Part shown: positions 26,771 through 32,000 of the stretch, piece by piece
Layout of the letters: the number at the start of each line of letters is the position of its first letter
Numbering within the stretch: the stretch's first letter is position 1
Assembly: GCF_000092465.1 (NCBI RefSeq)
Contig: NC_014205.1
Location: 510,001 to 542,000 of the forward strand
Origin: Staphylothermus hellenicus DSM 12710
GTDB taxonomy: Archaea > Thermoproteota > Thermoprotei_A > Sulfolobales > Desulfurococcaceae
Length of the DNA stretch: 32,000 bases
Direction: 5' to 3'
Made by a program: the position numbers and the translations under genes
Notes under the pieces: generated by a model
Told to the model about the DNA's origin: nothing
The model's database searches: none
The model's input: the letters and a program-made list of their open reading frames with translations, nothing else

Positions 26771-27742
26771 TTAGTCGGGAACTATTCTTGTGCCTGCTTT
26801 TCCTTTTAGTGCTTCATAGGCTTGTGTTAGGTGTCCAATGATTGCTTGTTTACCGCCGTTCTCAATAAATCTTATTGCTGCGAGAACTTTTGGCCCCATA
26901 CTGCCTGGTTTAAAGTGTCCTTCCTCATAGTATTTCTTTGCCTCACTAACAGTTAATACATCGACTGGTTTCTGGTCTGGTTTACCATAGTTTAAATATA
27001 CTTTATCTACGTCTGTGAGAATCATGAATGTCCCAGCACCTATGGCTGTTGCTAATCTTTCGCCTGCAAGATCCTTATCTATAACGGCTTCGACGCCGTG
27101 GATTAGTCCTTTATCATTTTTATATACAGGTATTCCTCCACCACCACTCGCTATAACTATGAATCCTTCGTTGAGAAGTTTTTTAACAGCTTCTATTTCA
27201 ACGTGGCCCTTAGGATCTGGTGATGGAACAACCCGTCTCCAGCCGCCGCGGGGGTCTGGTTTAACAGTCCAGTCGAACTCTTTTGCTAGTTGTTTAGCTT
27301 CTTCCTCGTTATACCATGGACCAATATATTTTGTGGGGTTCTGGAAGGCTGGATCGTTCTTATCCACTATTGTTTGTGTAACAATAGTTACTATTCCCTT
27401 AACTATTTTGCCGAGCAATCCTTGTTCTTGGAGCTTATTGTATAGGCTCTGCTGTATCAAGTATCCAAGCCATCCTTGGCTCATAGCTCCGGCAATATCT
27501 AGTGTCATAACATCTAGTCCTTTGAGTTTTTTGCCTGCAAGCATCCATTCAGCAATTATGCCGACTTGTGGGCCATTACCATGTGTGATAGCTACTTTGT
27601 ATCCTTCACTAATTATTTTTACTAGGAACTCTGCGCTGCGATAGGCGTTTTTCCAGTAGTTTTCAGGAGTGCCTTTCTCCCCTTTAGTTTGGAACGCGTT
27701 GCCGCCGAATGCTACTACTATGTATTTCTCGTGTCTATCCAT
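26771..27742 (-). CDS. arcC: Carbamate kinase
   Basis: [33 protein letters not shown] and [11 protein letters not shown] match the amino-acid kinase fold signatures of carbamate kinase. Confidence 0.9.
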   Translation of the reverse strand: MDRHEKYIVVAFGGNAFQTKGEKGTPENYWKNAYRSAEFLVKIISEGYKVAITHGNGPQVGIIAEWMLAGKKLKGLDVMTLDIAGAMSQGWLGYLIQQSLYNKLQEQGLLGKIVKGIVTIVTQTIVDKNDPAFQNPTKYIGPWYNEEEAKQLAKEFDWTVKPDPRGGWRRVVPSPDPKGHVEIEAVKKLLNEGFIVIASGGGGIPVYKNDKGLIHGVEAVIDKDLAGERLATAIGAGTFMILTDVDKVYLNYGKPDQKPVDVLTVSEAKKYYEEGHFKPGSMGPKVLAAIRFIENGGKQAIIGHLTQAYEALKGKAGTRIVPD

Positions 27743-27915
27743 ATAGTCTACACCACTCCCACAATTTCTATGTATTAACGTAATTATTCAGTAGTGAACA
27801 TAGTATTTTAGGGTTTTTCCCATATTATCAGCTTCTTAAAAGAATCCAAGGTTTCTTGGATAGGATACTGTATCTTATACTCAATAGTTCCTTGTGGTAA
27901 AGTTGTTCTGAACTA

Positions 27916-28695
27916 TTAAATCATGAATTCAGGTATTCCATTAGGCTTATAGGCTATTCTAGGCTTTAACTTGTTTTTCCTCAATAATTCAACTACGTGT
28001 GGATATAGTATTATGTATTCTGGATCTATTTCTTGGGCTAATACTGAATGTATTTCTCTGAGTCGATCTAGGAATTTCCTGATGTTTTCTTCCGGTGAGA
28101 AACTAAGCATAACTGCTGGATATACTTGTTCTCCGGGTTTGAGACCTGCATCTATTAGGTTTTCTAATGCTTTAAACTGGTATTCATAGTATTTCTTATC
28201 CGCCCCTGTTAACTGCTCGAATTCTTCAGGGGTTGTTCCTTTAAATGATACTCTTACAGCTATTTTTCTATAGGTAGCAAGTTCTTCAGCGTATTCGCGA
28301 TGATATCCTATTAATAAACCGTTTGTCTCCAGTATAAATACAAATTTTGTCTGATCAAGCAGTTCAAGTAATTGTAGTAGGTGCTTCATAGTAATAGTTG
28401 GTTCTCCCCCACTAAGCCTAATATACCTATATTTTCTCTTCTCAGCTATTCGTGTCAGTTTCTCGTAGACTTGTTGAGGGGTTTGAAAGAATCCTTTATT
28501 AGTATAGAAGCTATATCTCCAAGACCAGCAAAACTTGCATCTCAAATTACAGCCGACAACATCGCCGGTAGCTATGCCTCCATACCATCTGCCTCCTCTG
28601 AAACGATAATATCTTCTCTCTTCTAAACCATCCCTAATCCTTGCAACTCCTCTATATACGATACTGGATAACTTGAATGGATCAAATCCAGGCAT
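27916..28695 (-). CDS. Radical SAM domain protein
   Basis: CxxxCxxC motif in VVGCNLRCKFCWSW, followed by a GGEPT SAM-binding segment (RLSGGEPTI). Confidence 0.75.
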   Translation of the reverse strand: MPGFDPFKLSSIVYRGVARIRDGLEERRYYRFRGGRWYGGIATGDVVGCNLRCKFCWSWRYSFYTNKGFFQTPQQVYEKLTRIAEKRKYRYIRLSGGEPTITMKHLLQLLELLDQTKFVFILETNGLLIGYHREYAEELATYRKIAVRVSFKGTTPEEFEQLTGADKKYYEYQFKALENLIDAGLKPGEQVYPAVMLSFSPEENIRKFLDRLREIHSVLAQEIDPEYIILYPHVVELLRKNKLKPRIAYKPNGIPEFMI

Positions 28696-28853
28696 TAAAG
28701 GTTTCCCTCATAAATATTCTATTTTCTAAACCGTATATACTTCTCTATCAAATATTCTTAGAGAATGAGATGTTTGCTGGAGGGAAAACAATATTATATT
28801 TTATAGAAAGGATGATCTAGCAGTAGTAATGGTTTAAAATATTATTGTATGGT

Positions 28854-29228
28854 TTATTCTTTATCCTTATTTCTTTCTTCTTCAAGTCTTTTCCTAAATA
28901 ATTCTTTCAGTTCTTCATCGCTCCTTTTCCTATATTCTGGAATAAGTAGTTCTCTATGCTCTGGATACTTTATGAAATAATATATTGAATAACTACAAAT
29001 AGGTTCTACTAACCAATTATTCTTCTTCGCCAGCTCTATAGCGTACTGCATTAGTTTCTTCGCAACCCCCTTTCCTCTGTGTTGTGGAGGAGTATATGTT
29101 TCAACTAATTTCATAACACCATTTTCAACTCTATACCTAATAAAGGCTTTAGAATTATCCGGTAATCTAGCATATATCACCCTCGATGTATGCTTGATCT
29201 CAAGTATATCGCTCATTTTTCTCACCAT
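28854..29228 (-). CDS. GNAT-family N-acetyltransferase (small YjdJ-like type)
   Basis: TYTPPQHRGKGVAKKLMQYAIELAKKNNWLVEPICSY matches the acetyl-CoA-binding R/Q-x-x-G-x-G/A motif. The likely start is Met5 (MSDILEI). Confidence 0.7.
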   Translation of the reverse strand: MVRKMSDILEIKHTSRVIYARLPDNSKAFIRYRVENGVMKLVETYTPPQHRGKGVAKKLMQYAIELAKKNNWLVEPICSYSIYYFIKYPEHRELLIPEYRKRSDEELKELFRKRLEEERNKDKE

Positions 29229-29359
29229 CTACTTTACATGAAATACTCATATTTATGAACTCTTAAAGAACGTTATTATTATTTATTTCAGAGATATATC
29301 TCTTATCAATACTCTAAAATTTCTTTCATAAACATATTTAATATATTGGTGAGCATGAT

Positions 29360-30310
29360 TTGCCGATTAAAGTATATCCATTAGCATTTGATTCCATGGG
29401 TGTTAGAAGCCAGGCTGTGCTTGTTGTTGTTAATGGTTATAAAATACTGATCGATCCTGGAGTCGCGCTTGCCCCTAAAAGACATGGGTTGCCCCCGACA
29501 GATCTGGAGTTGAAAGCATTGGATATTGTAAGGAGGAAAATCATAGAAGTAGGGAGGAAATCCGATATAGTAATTGTCACCCATTACCACTACGATCACC
29601 ATCCATATCCCAATGATAAGGAAATGTATGAAGAGATCTTTACTGGGAAAAAAGTTTTTATGAAAGCATACGAAGACGAAGTCACTGGTTCAGCTAGGAG
29701 TAGAGGCAAAAAATTCCATAAAAACATTAAGGATATTGCTTCAGAAATAATTGTAGCTGATGGCAATAAGTTTAGGATCGGTAAAAACATTATATTAGAG
29801 TTTTCACCCCCCGTATGGCATGGACCAGTTGGGAGCAAGGTTGGAAGAGTAATAATGGTTAATATCAGGAAAGGGAGAAGCTCATTTATACATAGCTCCG
29901 ACGCACAGAACCTAGCAGATCCAGATGCATTAAAATGGGTTCTCGAGAAAAAACCAACATTCATAATAATAGATGGCTACCCCACAATCCTAATGGGATG
30001 GAGGGTTTCAAAAAAGGACTTCGTTGAAAGCATAGAAAACGTGAAAAAAGCTATAACTGATACACCGGCTAAAACAATAATCCTCGACCACCACATTGTC
30101 AGAGATAAGAATTTCAAGGAAAAAATGAAGGAAATCTATGAATTAGCAGAGAAACACGGAAAAAAAGTATTAACAGCCGCTGAATACATGGGTCTCGAAA
30201 ATTTACAGCTTGAAGCACTGAGAAAAGATATTAAGAAAGGAAAAGTCAAGCTTAACGAGCATGATATAGAGAATTACTATAAGAAACTATATTCTAAAAT
30301 AAAGATCTAA
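29360..30310 (+). CDS. MBL-fold metallo-hydrolase
   Basis: VTHYHYDHH matches the HxHxDH motif, with a later SSDAQ/DHH. TTG start, 316 aa. Confidence 0.7.
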   Translation: MPIKVYPLAFDSMGVRSQAVLVVVNGYKILIDPGVALAPKRHGLPPTDLELKALDIVRRKIIEVGRKSDIVIVTHYHYDHHPYPNDKEMYEEIFTGKKVFMKAYEDEVTGSARSRGKKFHKNIKDIASEIIVADGNKFRIGKNIILEFSPPVWHGPVGSKVGRVIMVNIRKGRSSFIHSSDAQNLADPDALKWVLEKKPTFIIIDGYPTILMGWRVSKKDFVESIENVKKAITDTPAKTIILDHHIVRDKNFKEKMKEIYELAEKHGKKVLTAAEYMGLENLQLEALRKDIKKGKVKLNEHDIENYYKKLYSKIKI

Positions 30311-30481
30311 CCCGCGAATGGGAAGCAAATATTTTATCTATTCTCTATTCTTCGGTGAAAAAAATAAAATATACAGTTAAAAACATAAACCCATACTTGC
30401 TGCACACATATGGATACATAGAATATGCTTCCATAGATAGATATTACAAAGCACTACTTAGTTCTCTAGAGTTAAAACCAT

Positions 30482-30772
30482 ATGTGCCAAATAAAAAACC
30501 TTGTCTCATCCATCCATCAATTAAACTGTAGTAAATGCCCATACAGAAACACATGCATATATGGCTTAACACGAAGCATCTTCAAGTACTCCAACGGTAT
30601 TATCCAGTCAATAAGCTATATTCAAGGCAGAATACAGAAACACTTAACTAAAAGAATGAAGCATAGAAGCAAGCTCGAAGAAACAATAATGGATCTGATC
30701 CTACGTGAAGATTTTAACAACATCCATAAAAGCTATACTGAACTAATAGGCTCCATAAAAAACACTGATTAA
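30482..30772 (+). CDS. Questionable 96-aa ORF, no recognisable motif
   Basis: It is the only ORF in a 650-nt gap. The C-terminal third (MKHRSKLEETIMDLILREDFNNIHKSYTELIGSIKNTD) looks protein-like. The N-terminus is Cys/Asn-rich and may not be real. Confidence 0.25.
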   Translation: MCQIKNLVSSIHQLNCSKCPYRNTCIYGLTRSIFKYSNGIIQSISYIQGRIQKHLTKRMKHRSKLEETIMDLILREDFNNIHKSYTELIGSIKNTD

Positions 30773-30962
30773 TTCTAGAAAAACTAGTTAATGTAAATGC
30801 TGCAGTGCTACAACCTTAATTCTTTTAAAAAGATGAAAGAATAATTATTTATAAGATTTTAATATAGCTATATGTTTGTATAGGCTATAATATTATAGTT
30901 TTTGTTTTCAGCATATGTACTCTTTGGGAGTTTGGCGTTGGTGTCTAGCAGGGGTTAGAGTT

Positions 30963-31313
30963 CTAGTGTAGTTCTAGTTTGAGGCCCAAACTTCTTAGTC
31001 TTTCAAAATCTTTATCCTTGGTAACTAGTACATAGTTTCTTGATATAGATGTTGAGGCTATGAGTAGGTCTGCGTCTGGGATGAGTTGTCCCATATGCTT
31101 TAGTGAAGTATATAGTTCGCAGTACTTCATTATTACATCATTGTCTATGCCTATAACCTCATATATCCTTTCAAGAAGCTCCTTAACACGCTTTCTCTTA
31201 TGTTGCGGGACACCTCTTAGTACCTCAATAAGTGTAATAACCGATATTGCTCCTTCAACAAGTTCTCCCCGACGTAAATAATCTATCAACACACTTGTAT
31301 CATAGATCTTCAC
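30963..31313 (-). CDS. vapC: PIN-domain ribonuclease toxin VapC
   Basis: The N-terminal IYDTSVLID carries the first PIN acidic residue. Further matches are TLIEVL, DADLLIASTSI and VTKDKDFERL. GTG start; 116 aa. Confidence 0.85.
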   Translation of the reverse strand: MKIYDTSVLIDYLRRGELVEGAISVITLIEVLRGVPQHKRKRVKELLERIYEVIGIDNDVIMKYCELYTSLKHMGQLIPDADLLIASTSISRNYVLVTKDKDFERLRSLGLKLELH

Positions 31314-31486
31314 CGTAGCCTAAACCCATCCCTAAAACTCTTGCTAGACCTAATAATCTCCTCATAATCCCTATCATCAAGGATTCTTCTAAGCTCCTCA
31401 AATGCCTCACGAATACTACTCCAATCACGCTCACCCTTCTCCCTCTCCAACAACTCCTTAACCTCCCTCAGCACTGAAACTTTCAA
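31310..31486 (-). CDS. vapB: VapB-type antitoxin, ribbon-helix-helix-like (58 aa if TTG start, 54 aa if GTG at 31474)
   Basis: Hand translation gives TTG-AAA-GTT.. = MKVSVLREVKELLEREKGERDWSSIREAFEELRRILDDRDYEEIIRSSKSFRDGFRLR. Its TGA overlaps the vapC GTG (GTGA). The frame opens only 15 nt upstream, at a TGA formed at the spacer/repeat border. It is below the ORF-track size cutoff. Confidence 0.6.
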   Translation of the reverse strand: MKVSVLREVKELLEREKGERDWSSIREAFEELRRILDDRDYEEIIRSSKSFRDGFRLR

Positions 31487-31955
31487 TTTTTCTAAATTGT
31501 TTCAATAGAAGCGGTTAAGAAGGGCTATTATCACATGGATCGCTTTCAATTTTTCTAAATTGTTTCGGTGTCTGTGTCTGGCTAGGAGTAGTTGTTTCTG
31601 ATCCACTACCTTTCAATTTTTCTAAATTGTTTCATATGTTTCCACTGCTATCAAGTGCTTTAACCCTTATTATCTTTCAATTTTTCTAAATTGTTTCTTT
31701 ACTTGGAAGCCGTGTGGGACATAGAATCTAACCGTTTGCTTTCAATTTTTCTAAATTGTTTCCAAACATTTTGAAAACACTTGATAATTCCCATAGGCTC
31801 CCTTTCAATTTTTCTAAATTGTTTCTTTATTACTAGATACCAATTGTTAAACCTTGCCTCAATTCTTTCAATTTTTCTAAATTGTTTCGCTCCATATTTG
31901 GCTTGACAAAAAGCTAAAAACGTTGATAACTCTTTCAATTTTTCTAAATTGTTTC
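31480..31955 (-). CRISPR. CRISPR array: 8 identical 24-nt repeats and 7 unique spacers (39-43 nt)
   Basis: The plus-strand repeat CTTTCAATTTTTCTAAATTGTTTC starts at 31480, 31543, 31610, 31674, 31739, 31802, 31865 and 31932. Its reverse complement GAAACAATTTAGAAAAATTGAAAG ends in the canonical archaeal 8-nt crRNA handle ATTGAAAG, so crRNA sense is the minus strand and the leader should lie to the right. Spacer lengths are 39, 43, 40, 41, 39, 39 and 43 nt. The 45 nt after the last repeat contain no new repeat, so this is either the leader or an unusually long spacer cut by the window edge. Confidence 0.95.
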
Positions 31956-32000
31956 CTCGGTCTAGCTGCTGCAAACAATGAAAGCATAAGCCCCTCTTCA

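Noticed and set aside
27015-27644. Long antisense ORFs: 27015-27644 (+, 209 aa) opposite arcC, 11017-11577 (+) opposite pheT, 6316-6816 (+) opposite the 657-aa gene, 354-614 (+) opposite the FAD oxidoreductase, and the many 60-130-aa shadows elsewhere
   Set aside because: Each lies fully inside a strongly supported gene on the other strand and has S/L/I/P-rich low-complexity composition typical of antisense frames of AT-rich codons. None has a recognisable motif.
31698-31738. 9-nt identity (AACCGTTTG) between the end of spacer 4 and the edge of the sufD insert (14626-14634)
   Set aside because: A 9-mer match between ~280 nt of spacers and 64 kb of two-strand sequence is expected by chance. 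There is no extended complementarity, so it is not evidence of self-targeting.
31699-31974. 91-aa minus-strand ORF from the ORF track with the peptide QFRKIE recurring
   Set aside because: It is a translation straight through CRISPR repeats 5-8. The recurring QFRKIE is the repeat itself, so this is not a gene.
31956-32000. AAACAATGAAAG on the plus strand, resembling the two ends of the repeat (GAAACAAT...GAAAG) in inverted orientation
   Set aside because: Only 12 nt, AT-rich, in the wrong orientation and with the repeat's centre missing. Probably coincidence, and it cannot be evaluated at the window edge.

Overview
AT-rich chromosomal segment (only a few short GC-rich patches) that looks like a hyperthermophilic crenarchaeon. 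The pointers are a Cren7 chromatin protein gene, an archaeal type II GAPDH-PGK pair, a 24-nt CRISPR repeat whose crRNA-sense ends in ATTGAAAG, frequent GTG/TTG starts, and oligo-T terminators. I count about 30 protein genes, mostly housekeeping. They include unlinked pheS and pheT, gap-pgk, carbamate kinase, an SsnA-like amidohydrolase, a PreA/DHOD-like flavoprotein, a CPA2 antiporter, two radical SAM proteins, Usp, cupin, GNAT and MBL hydrolase. Five things deserve a second look. (1) A SufB/SufD-family gene is split by a ~240-nt GC-rich, hairpin-dense insert. It is flanked by an 8-nt direct repeat, and removing it restores the reading frame. It could be an intron or an IS200/605-like MITE. 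(2) An 8-repeat CRISPR array has its trailer-end repeat physically overlapping the putative TTG start of a vapB-vapC toxin-antitoxin pair on the same strand. (3) An RNA-free RNase P (HARP/UPF0278-like PIN protein) sits in a tight operon with pheS, an m5C RNA methyltransferase and a radical SAM enzyme. (4) Two further GC-rich islands are probably structured ncRNAs of unknown class. (5) There is a divergent pair of large orphan beta-rich proteins, and an ORF with an in-frame TGA. All calls rest on reading the sequence and on motif recognition from memory; no searches were run.
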